Assembly (NCBI RefSeq): GCF_009914755.1
Contig: NC_060927.1
Length of the DNA: 64,000 bases
Strand: one strand, 5' to 3'
Source: the human T2T-CHM13v2.0 reference genome, Homo sapiens
A model generated the notes under the pieces. The model did no database searches. It worked only from the letters and a program-made list of their open reading frames with translations, and had not been told where the DNA came from. Below are positions 26,883-43,787 of this stretch, in pieces (the stretch's first letter is position 1; each line of letters opens with the position of its first letter). Made by a program: the position numbers and the translations under genes.

Positions 26883-27663
26883 GATATATCGGAAATATGA
26901 AATCATTTTAAAAATACAGATATGTTCTTAGTACATCCTCCTTTATGTAAAGTCAAAGAGACATCAGCAAAATCAGGAGAAAAAGAATACAATTAAGTGG
27001 CTGGCTTCCTAAAGTAATCACTAATACAGGTTTTGGTTGGTATTTTCATCAGATAACTATTGCATTCTTATTGGTTATTTTCCCAGTTTAGAGACATAGT
27101 CATGATTTACTGGTTTTGCTTTTATGTTTACAGAAAATCTCAGTTCAAATATCAAGTTAGCGAAAAGAGAACACAGAATTTATTGCTCCCTTCTAGAAAA
27201 GAACGGAATATGGAGAAGCTTCTAGTAACTAGCATTATGAGACAAGATTCTGAAATAGATTAATTGGTGTCAAAATGAACAACTATTTTAAACATTGCAT
27301 GTCAAAATTATATTTGATAAATAAATGTTATAGACAGTGCTAAAATATTGTATCTCCATTTTAAGTCTTAACTGACATAGTTAATACAAATACTATTCTG
27401 TTTACATAAAACATTTGTTCACATACCAGCATGTAACATTGATTATTAAAATCTACACTGTTGCATAGTGACAAGTTGTTTTTTGTTGTTGTTTTTTTAG
27501 GAATGTGGGCCAAAGTTTTATTTTTTTTCCATTTCTTGCGTTTGAAATACTCTTTGAAGACATCCTAGGCCTAAAATTCTTTGCCACAGAACTTAACTGC
27601 TGCACAACTGCAATCAACCACTTGTCAGGGTCTTCCCTCTCTGTCAGTTTTATGGCAGCTACC

Positions 27664-27993
27664 TGTATTAGTCCATTCTCACACTGCTATAAAGAAATAC
27701 CTGAGAATGGGTAATTTATAAAGAAAAGAGGTTTAATTGGCTCACAGTTACACAGGCCGTACAGGAAGCACGGCTGGGGAGGCCTCAGGAAACTTACAAT
27801 TGTGATGGAAAGCAAAGAGGAAGCAGGCACGTCTTCACATGGCCAGAGCAGGAGGAAAAAGAGAGGAGAGGTGCTATACACTTTGAACAATCAGATCTCG
27901 CGATAACTCACTCTCAGGAGAGAACAGCACCAAAGGGAAAATCTGCCTCCATTATCCAGTGGTCTCCCTCCAGGCCCCGCCTCCAATACTGGA
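27664..27993 (-). mobile_element. MST solo LTR lacking its 5' end
   Basis: tgtattagtccattctcacactgctataaag terminus; similarity stops at cctccaatactgg. Confidence 0.85.
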
Positions 27994-28679
27994 GGCAACT
28001 CACGGCAGTGCGTTAGCAGTGGCACGCACCCGAGCCTCTGCCTCTGTGCAAACACATTGAGGGCAAGGAAAGAGCCACAGTAACAATTTTTCAAGAAAAT
28101 GTCAAAAAAAATCCTGGGTCACACCAAAACAAATGTAGTTATTAAGGAAATATTTAGTGATGCCTCATATTCTTTCACTTACAGATTATAAATAGTAAAT
28201 GAGAAGGGGTATGCATGAATCGATTCAATCCTCTCAAAGCTTTTTTGAGATGGGAATTACTTCTCATTTCACAAAAAGTAGAAATGAAGCTTAAGTAGGG
28301 TAAAATGATACTTATTCAAGGTTACACTGATACTAAAGCAAAAACATGACTCAAATCCAATCTTACAGATTCCATTCTAGCACCCATTTGCTCTTTACCC
28401 CCAGCAGGTTTTCCAAATGACTTTTTTTTAAGAAAATAGAGTTTCTTGAGACTTGTCATTCATAAAGGATGAAGTTGGAAGGCTTTCCCATTGCCATGTA
28501 CTAAGTGGCAAAGCTTGTGTTCATGCCTACTTTGTTCTAGCTCATACTCCACGATCTTCCCTGAGTAGAGCAATGCCCCATTTTACCTACAGTTTTGTAA
28601 CTTCCAGTAGTCAAACTAGCAGCAGGTCAGCCTGATGTAGGCCATAGATGAGCTTCAGTTGGCTGGATAGTGGCTTTTT

Positions 28680-29770
28680 AATCTAAAACGTCAAACACAT
28701 CTTTGTGCTCACTACCCAGAATTAACATGTGTAAGATTTTTACATATTTGCTTTAAAATACATATAGATTAAAAACTGATTCCCTTATGTTTTTTCTATA
28801 AGTTTACTCACTTCTTCATCTCTGCAGAGGTAATCATAATCATGAATCAAGTTCTATTGGTTTATATTTTATATGTATATATTCCAAAATATATGATATT
28901 GCTTTGGGCATTTACAATTTCAGTAAATGGTATAATGTCATGTATTGTTCTATACTTTCCGTTTCTCCACAAAACTGTTTTTTTGAAATCCATGCATACA
29001 GACAAACATACATTTAAGTTATTTGTTTTAACAGTAAATATGTATTTAAGTCATTTACTTTAAATCAGTAGTCTGAAAAAATCTCAATTAATAAATCTAT
29101 TTTCTCTTGAATGGGGCACTAGGTTGATTCCAATTTTTGGCTACTATATACCATGAGGCTATGAACTTTCAGATACATGTTGCATATAAACATTGACAGT
29201 TTCTCAGTAGTATACACATACCTAGAAGTGAAATAAATGTGTCCTAGGTAAGAGATAAGCATTTTCAACTTTTTTGTAAAGCACCCAATTTTCTCCAAAT
29301 GATTAGATTCATTTTCAACTCCACCAGAATTTTTTTTCCTAAAACCATTCTAACATTGCAAGGTGGACCAACTTTTTGCCAATCTAATGTGTGTAAAATG
29401 GCATTTTACTTCTATTTTTATTTGAATTAAAGAAAGTGTATGTATTGTGGAAGGTTTTGTCCCTTCAGTTCTCCTCTTTTCTATGAAATGTGTGTTCATA
29501 ACTTTGGCCCATTTTTATTTAATTTGTGTCTATCTTTAAAGTTATATTTAAAGGGTTCATTTACATTTTCCAAATGCTGATCTTTCTTTTATGTATATAT
29601 TGTACATATCATGTATATATTCAATATATCTTCCATTAAGTAATTTGTCTTTTTTTATTGTATTTAATATGTAATTTTTTAATTTTGATATAAAAACATA
29701 GTTTTTTAAAAACAATTTTGAATCTTGCTTATGAAATCCTGACATGACACAAGGACATAAAGAAATTCTC
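28680..29770 (-). mobile_element. Old L1 3' fragment
   Basis: T-rich reverse L1 3' region (ggttgattccaatttttggctact, ttttgccaatctaatg). Confidence 0.6.
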
Positions 29771-30236
29771 CTAATGGATGGTGGGTGTTTTGAAATTTTG
29801 AATTTAAATATTTTTAGACACTACAGTCTCCCTGGTTCACCACAGACCAATCAGGACTTACGCTCTAATGCCTTACCACTGTTACAAATTTCTCCTCAGT
29901 TACATATATAATGTTGTAATCTCTAGGTCTGACAGTAAAAAAATAGTTACATTACCTGCATTTCTCATATTGTGGGTCAGTTTGAATTAAATTATTATTA
30001 TAGCTGTACAACCCTAATCCAGGGTCTCCATGGAAAAGAAACCTTGACAGAATTCGTTCTGGGAGATGGACAGCTTCTATTAAGTATTATTTACGTTTTG
30101 TAGAGATGCACTCAAATATACTGAAGCCGAATAATTTGGCTTACCATTTGCCTCTAACAGTCCTTTTAGGAACTTCTGTTTTTTGTCTTTACATTCCAAA
30201 CGAATCAATGCTAACTATGACATATGTAACCCTTAG

Positions 30237-30338
30237 ATGCTGGACTGGAGATTGGCAAGTGCACATTTCATCCTGGCTGTGACACTGACACTGTGGAGCT
30301 CAGGAAAAGTCCTCTCAGTAGATGTAACAACAACAGAG
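30237..30338 (+). CDS. OSTN: Osteocrin (musclin) first coding exon, aa 1-34, signal peptide
   Basis: ttag|ATG...GAG|gtaatg; 102 nt translating to [34 protein letters not shown], the osteocrin N-terminus; phase-0 junction to 36451. Confidence 0.97.
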
Positions 30339-30399
30339 GTAATGGAAACTAGCTTACAGAAATAAATATACATGTTTGACATGCTTTATAAATGACATG

Positions 30400-30890
<491 letters not shown>

Positions 30891-30994
30891 TAAACATTTC
30901 ATTTCTACTAGAGTAAGAAGGAGGTGCAGCTACCAATAAGAAAATGTACACAAAATAAAATAGAGAAATAACACAAAATCAAGAAAATCGGTAG

Positions 30995-31044
30995 TTTTTT
31001 ATTGTCTTCTTTTTATTGCCAACATGCCATTCAAGGTTGTGAAC
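30995..31044 (-). ncRNA. Candidate terminal exon of an antisense transcript (possibly OSTN-AS1)
   Basis: Minus strand: acceptor ctcttttcatttcag ending at 31045, AATAAA at 31017-31012 and 31003-30998, then U/GU-rich sequence; an antisense lncRNA at this locus is recalled, not verified. Confidence 0.35.
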
Positions 31045-31910
31045 CTGAAATGAAAAGAGCAGTAATCACGATCTTCTCCTCACAGAGGAGTCGGAGCAAG
31101 CCAGTTATCTAAACGTGGAAAGAAACTTAAGAACAAAGACTTGAATTCCTTGAACAAAAAAAGCTTTAAGAGAAAATCCATTATTATAGCTATATTTAAT
31201 TGAATCAGTTATGTCAGAATGAAGGGCTTTTATGTAAAATTTGAAGTTGTTTGCATGCCAAAATTTGAGTAGTTTTGTTCAAACTTTTAATTACAGTACA
31301 AATATTTTCTTGGTGCTATGACTAAAGTACAAAGAAAAAGAAATGTGAGGGCATCACAAGGAGAAAAATTAGTTTATTTGATCTTATTAGAAACATGTTC
31401 TTTGTGTTTCTTAAATAGCATAAAGTGAGAGTCTGAAAAGCATTATATTAAAGGACAAGTTTTCTAAAAGTTTTTTTTTTTAAGATTAAGGATGTTTCTT
31501 AAAAAAACGATTGTGTAGTGTGTGTTAGTTGGAAGAATAAAAGCATATTTTTGGAGGATGCTTGGAAAGATAAAAAATTCTTTACCCTTTGAAGGTTTAT
31601 CTCCTGTAGGGTTTCTTTCTGGTCATTTGCATCCTTCCCATCTCCAGTTTCTATGTTATCAGGCTTATATAAGGAAGTGACAGAAGCTAAGATCTGAGGA
31701 ATAGTTTGAAACCATATTGTGGGATTTGTGCTATAAGTAATAAAGAACTGTGAAAGATTTGTAATTTTCTTTTTATATGACAAAAGTGGTATTGGGGATA
31801 ACTAACTTTATAACAGTATTATGGGTGAAATAGAGAAGAGAGAGATTGGAGGTATCAAAGCAAATTGTAAGGTGATTAAGGGAGTACACTAAGCAGTAAA
31901 GAGGACTTCA

Positions 31911-32178
<268 letters not shown>

Positions 32179-32406
32179 ACCACCACTGATGGGAATCAAA
32201 AATAGCAGCCAGAAGAGAGATTGTCCTGCAAGAACTGACGAGACTTAGGGCACATATGACTGTATAAGGAAACAGGAGGCTCAATAGCTTTCAGTTTGTA
32301 CACCAGGCTACAAGTATTTTAAAAGAGACTTGCTTGAGTCAATGATTAAAGGGCTTGAAAATGCTACTCTTTTGTTCTACTGGAGAAAATGAAGAGAACA
32401 GAAAAA

Positions 32407-35064
<2,658 letters not shown>

Positions 35065-36042
35065 AAAGACAATAGAAGGAATAATCTTAGAAGAAAAACA
35101 GAAAGTGAAGAAAACTCAAAACCAAGACCAACAGTCTGGCACATGGAAGAATGACTAAAAGTGGGAAGGGAAGAGATTCCCCAGAGCTAAAAAATTTTTC
35201 CCTCATGGGAATATTCTCACGATCTTAGAAAAAAAAGCAGTATTTGTGGGACTACAGAATGACTCAAGATTGTTAATAGGAGCATTTAAGAAATGCTGCC
35301 ATTGGGCCTCAGAGAGGAAAAGACAGACTTCACAAACTGGACAGCTATACATTTATGATTTGGATGAAGTACAAAGTGGCAATATGTGTAAGAACCAAAC
35401 AAGAAATTTTACATGGGGCACAAAGTTATTGGGATATCTCAGACACATTGCAGATGCTAGTATTTGTTAATAAATCACAGGGATAGAGATGGTGAGATGC
35501 TTAGAAACAGAGACTAAATTTTTATTTTTGTATCCTTCATGTCCAATGCAGAACCTAGCACACACTGGATTAGTAATGGCTTGAGTTAGTAAATGATGAA
35601 TGAATGGTAAAAAAAAAAATAGAATGAGATTTGGTTGGGAATTCATTTAATAAATATTCATCAGAAATTTGTTGAATACTATGAGCAAAATACGAGATGA
35701 AGCATTAAATAAAGTAAATGAAAGACTAATTAGACAAAGTCATTGACTAATAACAAGTACAAATATACAGTAACCAACCTGGCACAAGGCAAAAAATAAT
35801 AAGTGCAGTGATGAAAGAGGTATATAGATAAAGCACTATGGGAATGATAAGGAAGGATGAAGTTGTTGCTGAAACAGAATCTGAAAAAATGATCCGTAAA
35901 TATGCTAAATTTTAAAGCATTCCAGGAGTTTTTCTTTTCTTTTCTTGTTTTATTTTTTCCCTTCGTTATACCCCTCTACTATGTGTTTCAGTCCCCAAAG
36001 ATCTAGCACTCTCTATGGAAAATAACTTCATAAGAAATTCTA

Positions 36043-36334
<292 letters not shown>

Positions 36335-36450
36335 TTGTAAGATGTTACATGATGAGTATGTCAGCTAACAGTAGCAAAAGCCAGATGCATATGTACATAC
36401 TTGGAGTCTCTTTGTCTAAATTAACGGAATCGCCTTTCTCTGCCTTATAG

Positions 36451-36665
36451 GCCTTTGATTCTGGAGTCATAGATGTGCAGTCAACACCCACAGTCAGGGA
36501 AGAGAAATCAGCCACTGACCTGACAGCAAAACTCTTGCTTCTTGATGAATTGGTGTCCCTAGAAAATGATGTGATTGAGACAAAGAAGAAAAGGAGTTTC
36601 TCTGGTTTTGGGTCTCCCCTTGACAGACTCTCAGCTGGCTCTGTAGATCACAAAGGTAAACAGAG
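36451..36665 (+). CDS. OSTN: Osteocrin second coding exon, aa 35-106 (last codon split)
   Basis: ccttatag|GCC...CAGAG|gtaagt; 215 nt; [72 protein letters not shown] with KKKR (79-82) and the natriuretic-peptide-like FGSPLDRL. Confidence 0.98.
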
Positions 36666-38212
36666 GTAAGTGAACTCAGAAAAAGAAAGTTTTTATTTTC
36701 TAATTATTTCCTTCTGGATTCTAAATCTGAGAGAATTCCACATGAAAAATACAGTGAAAACCTTGTATATATAAACAGATTTGACGGTATGTTAGCTAAT
36801 CTGTAGGTTTAATAATACAGTTTTCTAAGTAACTGTTTAGGGAGCAAAATGACTGCCGCAGTGTGCCTTAGCATTTTTGTCATGTTTCCTAAGAAAGATT
36901 CTGTCTTATGCAGATATAAAGCAGTTATTATAAGACATTACTGCATTTGGGAGGTGGCGCAAAATGTATGCTCAGTGGCATAAATGTTCTGGTGAACTGA
37001 GTTTTCCATTTACTAGAGGTAACAGGAATACCCTTTGGTTTTTACCTGTGATGCAAACCGTTCCACATTGTGTGAATGAATCTGAGTGACAAGTTCTCAG
37101 AACGTGGAGTCAGAACGCATGTGTTTCTGTCAAATTTCTGTTTCTTCCTATGTGACTTGTAAAGTATCTTATCCTCTCTGATCCTCAGCTTATTTATGCA
37201 TAAAGTGAGAATAATTACTTGCTTCCATAAAATTCAAATGAGATAATCAAATGTAAGTGCTTCATAGAATGCTAATTACGGATTTAGAGTAGTGAAATAT
37301 CCCTTTATGTCAGTAATTTAAAGTAATCATTCCAAACTTAGTTCATTTTCTACCCCTTCAATATCTGTTCTTCATACTGTACATTTCATATTAGAAGTGG
37401 CACAAAAGACCACACAAGTACCATAGACAGGAATCTGGGAAATTGACCAAGATTCCTTTAGCTCATCCTGAACATTTCTCACTAAATTCTCTAAATACTG
37501 TTTGCTTTACATATTAAATATCTCCAGAATATCACTCTTCATTAAGGCTTTTCTAATTCTGGCCTAAATTATTAAATTTTTTTAACATTTATTCTTTCTC
37601 CACTCTTTCCTCATCTCTACCTCCACCACCATCATCACCCCTTTATCACCAACGTATCCTGTACTCGGCTAGCAGGCTAATCATCTAAAACAAAAGTCTG
37701 TGTGAAATGTTATCCATTGCTTACAGTACAAAAGTCAAACTCCTTTGCAAGAGCTACAGGGAATTTCATAATCTGGAACCTCATTTCTTCTTGTACTCAT
37801 TTTCACATCCTTTGCCACCATCTTTCTTAATTCTTAGAGACCTGGGACTTTTCATTCTTGTTCCTGGTTCCCTGGTTTTTTATGCTAAATGATTATCAGG
37901 ATACTTGTCGCAATTTGCTATACCTCTGTTCTGAAAGATTCTCAAAGCTACACTAGAAAATAAAATCATCATTTGAAGACCATACCTTATACTACATGTA
38001 TGTGAAAAATAATCCTCTCCTATATTTTGAAATTTAGACCCTACTTTAACTAGAGAAATAGAAATTAGTTCCACTATGTTCTGGGTACTATGTTAGGTTC
38101 TGGTGAAAAAGAGGAGAAAAATATAGTTTACATACCTCAAAAAAAATCACATACTAATTGATAACATAGTATTATTTATAACAAATTGTAATACAAGAAA
38201 TGATGAAGAGAA

Positions 38213-38340
38213 AAGAGAATGCTAGTACACTGTTAGTGGGAATGTAAATTAGTATAACAACTATAGAGAACAGTTTAGAGGTTCCTCAGAAAACTAAAAA
38301 TTGAGCTACCGTATGTTCCAGCACCACCACTGCTGGGTAA
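38213..38340 (+). mobile_element. Short L1 ORF2 3' fragment
   Basis: tacactgttagtgggaatgtaaattagta...gagctacc...ctgctgggta. Confidence 0.8.
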
Positions 38341-38618
38341 GTATATCAAAAATAAATATATGTTTAAAAACTAATCTAAAAAGAAGAACATCGGCATCCA
38401 AAGAATAGTTGAGCTTTTAGAGAAGAAAATATGGTGCCTTCTAATAAATGTTATTTATTTGGCTCCTGGATATTTCAACATGGTCAACTAAATAATCTAT
38501 AAATCAATATATAAATGCTGTACATAAATATTTATAAATTTATTATAGCATAAATACTATAGTATACTAAATATACACTGCGTAAATACTATATAATTTA
38601 CATTGAAACTTCACCACA

Positions 38619-40808
38619 TGATATGGTTTGGCTGTGTCCCCATTGAAATCTCATCTTGAATTGTAGTTCCCATCATCTCCATGTATCATAGGAGGGACCC
38701 AGGGGAAGGTAATTGATCATGGGTGTGGTTACCCCCGTGCTGAAGTTCCTGTGATAGTCAGTGAGTTCTCACGAGATCTGATGGCTTTATAAGAGGCGTT
38801 CTCCCTTTCGCTCTGCTCTTCTCCTTGCTGCCACCATGTGGAGAAGGACATGTTTATTTCCCCTTCTGCCATGATTGTAAGTTTCCTAAGGTCTCCCCAG
38901 CCCTGTGGAACTGTGAGTCAATTAAACCGCTTTCCTTTATAAATTTCCCAGTCTCAGGTATGTCCTTCATACCAACATAAGAACAGGTACCACAGAGAGT
39001 GGGGTGCTGCTATAAAGACACCTGAAAATGTGGAAGCAACTTTAGAACTGGGTAACAGGCAGAGGTTGGAACAGTTTGGAGGGCTCAGAAGAAGATAGGA
39101 TAATATGGGAAAGTTTGGAACTTCCTAGAGACTTGTTGAATGATTTTAGCCAAAATGCTGATAGTGATGTGGTCAATGAAGTCCAGGCTGAGGTGGTCTC
39201 AGGTGGAGATGAGGAACTTGTTGGGAAATGAATTAAAGGTCACTCTTGCAATGCAAAGAGATTGATAGCATTTTGCCCCTGCCCTAGAGGTCTGAGGAAC
39301 TTTGAACTTGAGAGAGATGATTTAGGGTATCTAGTGGAAGAAATTTCTAAATGGCAAAGTGTTCAAGAGGAAGCAGGGCATAAAAGTTTGAAAAATTTGC
39401 AGCCTGATGATGCAGTAGAAAAGAAAAACCCATTTTCTGGGGAGAAATTTAATCCAGCAGCAGAAATGTACATGAATAACTAGAAGCAAAATGCTAATCA
39501 CCAAGCCAATGGGGAAAATATCTCCAGGGCATGTCAGAAGTCTTCACAGCAGCCCCTCCCATCACAGAGCCATAGGCCTAGGAGGGATAAATGGTTTCTT
39601 GGGCCAGGTCCAGGAACCTGCACTTGGTAACCTGCTTCCCAGCCACTCCAGCCTTGGCTAAAAAGGGCCAAAGTATAACTGGGGCCATGGTTTCAGAGGG
39701 TGCAAGCCCCAAGCCTTGGCGGCTTCCACATGCTGTTTTACCTATGGGTGCACAGAAGGCAAGAATTGAGGTTCGCCAACTTCCACCTAGATTTTAGAGG
39801 ATGTGTGGAAATACTGGATGCCCAGGCAGATGTTTGCTGCAGGGGCAGAGCCCTCATGAAGAACCACTACTAGGGCAGTGCAGAAGGGAAATTTTGGGTT
39901 GGAGCTCCCACATAGAGTCCCCACTGCCTAGTAGTGTTGTGAAAAGAGGGCCACCATCCTGCAGACCCCAGAATGGTAGATCTTTTGCTGTGCACCTGGA
40001 AAAGCCACAGACATTCAACACCAGCTCGTGAAAGCAGCCAAGAGGGGATGACCTGGATGTGAGACATGAAGTCAAAGGAGATTAATTTGGAGCTTTAAGA
40101 ATTTACTGCCCCACTGGATTTCAGACTTGCATGGGGCCTGTAGCCCCTTCATTTTGACCAATGTCTCCTATTTGGAACAGGTGTATTTACCCAATGCCTG
40201 TCCCCCCACATTGTATCTAGGAAGTAACTAATTTGCTTTTGATTTTCAGGCTCATAGGCAGAAGAGAACTGCCTTGTCTCAAATGAACTTTGGACTTGGA
40301 CTTTTAGGTTAATGCTGGAATGAGTTAAGATTTTGTGGGACTGCTGGGAAGGGATGATCATGTTTTGAAATGGGAAGATATGAGATTTGGGAGGGGCCAG
40401 GGATGGAATTATATGGTTTGTCTGTGTCCCCATCCAAATGTTGTCTTGAATTTTAGTTCCCATGATCCCCTCGTGTTATGGGAAGGACCAGTGGGAGGTA
40501 ATTGAATCATGGGGGTGGCTACCCCCATGCTGCTGTTCTCATGAGAGTGAGTGAGTTCTCATGAGATCTGATGATTTTATAAAAGGCTTTCCCTCCCTTT
40601 TGCTCTGCACTTCTTGCTGCCACCACGTGAAGAAGGATGTGTTTGCTTCTCCTTCTACCATGATTGTAAGTTTCCTGAGGCTTCCCCAGCCCTGTGGGGA
40701 ATTAAAATTAAATTAATTTAAATTTAAAATTAAATTAAAATTCTTTCCTTTATGAATTACCCAGTCTCAGGTATGTCCTTCATAGCAGTGTGAGAATGGA
40801 CTAATAAA
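38619..40808 (+). mobile_element. THE1 (MaLR) provirus: 5' LTR 38619-~38985, 3' LTR 40409-40808
   Basis: tgatatggtttggctgtgtcccc start, gactaataaa end, THE1-int body; TSD ccaca/ccata. Confidence 0.92.
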
Positions 40809-41799
40809 CCATAATAATTTCTTTAGAAAGTACCATAATGAGAAACTACCTAGGTGATATAATCTATCTAGCTAGCTATCAAATATAGCTCAGCTTGCAA
40901 GAAAAAAGGGGAAATTAGCAAGCGTTTAATAGCCATCTGAACAGATTTTCACGTATGAAAGCTACAAATAAGCCATTATAAATATGCAAAAATTTAGGGA
41001 ATATTCCTTCCATGAGCATATCCTGAGGAAGCTAATACATGAGTTACCTTGGGCAAGCCAAATGGCTGGGGAGATATCACCATTAGAATTAGGTGTGAGC
41101 ATTAACTTTAAAAGCAAAGTAAAATGATGGTAGCAAGAAAGAGAATGTGTTATAGTACACGGTTTGAAAAAACAGATACAGCACAACCATCAAACTTTCA
41201 GGTAAAACGTGATAGTACATAAAATTTGGAATGAGTATTTGATTGCTTCACGGCTATTAACTGAAAATAAAAAATTATTACAACAAATAGATGCTTGGGG
41301 ACTGAAGAAGAAAGAAAACATTACAAACTGAATTTTATAAATCTTGTACTAAATAACAATAGACAAAAACTGAAAACAGAGAGGTGCAAGATTATTATAT
41401 AAAAATATTAATACAAAAATAATCATAAGAATAAAAACTAAAATTTCTCTATGAAAAAAAGCACGATAAAATAGAATACAGAGAAATCCTGTATGTAATA
41501 AACTCATATGTAAGTTTTAAAATATGATTTAAAAATCTATTATATCAATAAATGTGGATGGCTATAACTTGCCTATTAAAATGCCAGTGTTTTCAGACTT
41601 GCTGATAAAGGAAAATAAAATACTTTTCTGTATTTGAGAGATGCAATTAAAAATAACAAGATTTAGGATGGATAATAGTAAAAGAATGAACAAACGATAC
41701 CAGAAAAAAAAATAACTTAAAAATGAAAAACAGTGCAACATCATTTACCAAAGAGAAACTACAAAGAATGCCAGAAAATAGAAAGAAATGTATTAATAA

Positions 41800-42098
<299 letters not shown>

Positions 42099-43230
42099 GA
42101 AACATATTAATAATAGAAGAGCTTAATTAATTGTTTAAAATCCAAGACCGATTATATATTCAAAATTGATAGAAGATCTACACAACATAACTCATAAAAT
42201 ATACATTATAAATCTGTTTTGAACTTTGGACTACAATAATAGAGAATATAACTTATTTTCCAGTGAATATGGAACATTTATAAAATTTACCATATCTTAG
42301 GTGACAAACAAACCTTAGGATATTCCAAAGAACAGATATATTACAAAAACAATCACTAACTGAAATATAGTAAAACTAGAAATTAATAACAAAATCAAAA
42401 ACAAGAAGACAGTCTTACCTGGAAAATACAAACCATGTCATTTACTATTTGGTTAAAGAAGAATACCAAATTTTATTTTTGCATTTTTATTTTGTATTCT
42501 TACACACTTTATTGAAAATAATAATAAAAATACAATATGATGGGCAGAAAAGAAAATATTAGATACAAACTAGCATGATAGTAATAAAAAAATACAAATA
42601 ATGCAAATATTACAGCAAAAAAATGTAGAAAGAACAGCAAAGTAAACCAACATAAGCAGAAAAAAAGCATAAGGTAAAAATTAACAATGATGAAAGCTGA
42701 AATCAGTAAGTTTATAAAGCACAACATAAAATATAATAAATCAATGCAAAGCTGCTTTTATTATATCAACAAAAAGACAAGCCAGGCTTACTTAAGAAAA
42801 AAGTAGAAAGTAAATTTACAAAATTAGAAATGACAACATGGAAATAGTCATTACAAAAGAAGAACTTGAAAAATAGGAAACTACTATGCTCAATTCTCTA
42901 TAAACAAATTCAGTACCTTTAAAAATGAATAAATTGTTAGAAAATACAACTTATAAACATTGGTTCAAATAGATACACTCCAATTACCGTTTCTTTAAAG
43001 TTTATTTATTATTAATTTTATTTACCGTTTTTATTTAATTTGCCAACAGAAGTACCAGATTCAGATATTTTCACAGGAGAATTTTACCAAATCTTAAGCT
43101 ATCAAATAATTTCAATAGTACTTTATCTTTTCAGAGAATATTTTTTTAAAGGAAATTTCCAAATTCCTTTCCTGAAACAAGTGTCATATTGACTCCCAAA
43201 TCACCAAAAACTACATTTAAACAAGGAAAT

Positions 43231-43735
43231 CATGTTTATTGCAGCACTATACACAATAGTAAAGTCATGGAATCACCTAAGTGTCCAATAATGGTGGACT
43301 GGATAAAGAAAATGTGGTATATAGACACAATGGAATACTACACAGCCATAAAAAAGAAGAAAATTATGTTCTTTGCAGCTACATGCATGCAGCTGGAGGC
43401 CATTATTCTAACTGAATTAATACAGAAACAGGAAATCAAATACTAGATGTTCTCACTTATAAGTGGAAGCTAAACAGTGGGTACCCATGGGCATAAAGAG
43501 GAAAACAATAGACCCTGGAGGCTACAAAAGGTGGAAGGGAAGAGAGAGGAGTTGATAAACTACCTACTGAGTATTATGTTCACTATATAGGTGATGGATT
43601 CACTAAAATCTCAAACCCCAGCATCGCCCAATAAACCCATGTAGCAAACCTACACGTACATACCCTGAATCTAAAATAAAATATTTTTTAAAAATACTTT
43701 GTAAAAGAATAAAATGTATTTCAAATAAATAAATA
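43231..43735 (+). mobile_element. 5'-truncated L1 (L1PB/L1MA-like 3' end)
   Basis: catgtttattgcagcacta...gttctcacttataagtgg...ctgaatctaaaataaaa plus A-rich tail. Confidence 0.88.
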
Positions 43736-43749
43736 AGAAAATTTTAGGA

Positions 43750-43787
43750 GCTTCAGTAGTGCAATTGGTTAGTGTGCAGTACTTACA
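43750..43787 (+). pseudogene. Tailless retropseudogene of the 5' half of tRNA-Ile(TAT)
   Basis: GCTTCAGTAGTGCAATTGGTTAGTGTGCAGTACTTACA against recalled GCTCCAGTGGCGCAATCGGTTAGCGCGCGGTACTTATA: 30/38 identical, 5 of 8 mismatches are CpG transitions. Confidence 0.85.

Noticed and set aside
36475-36669. 64-aa ORF as a standalone gene starting at GTG
   Set aside because: It is the body of OSTN exon 3, whose reading frame starts at the 36451 acceptor
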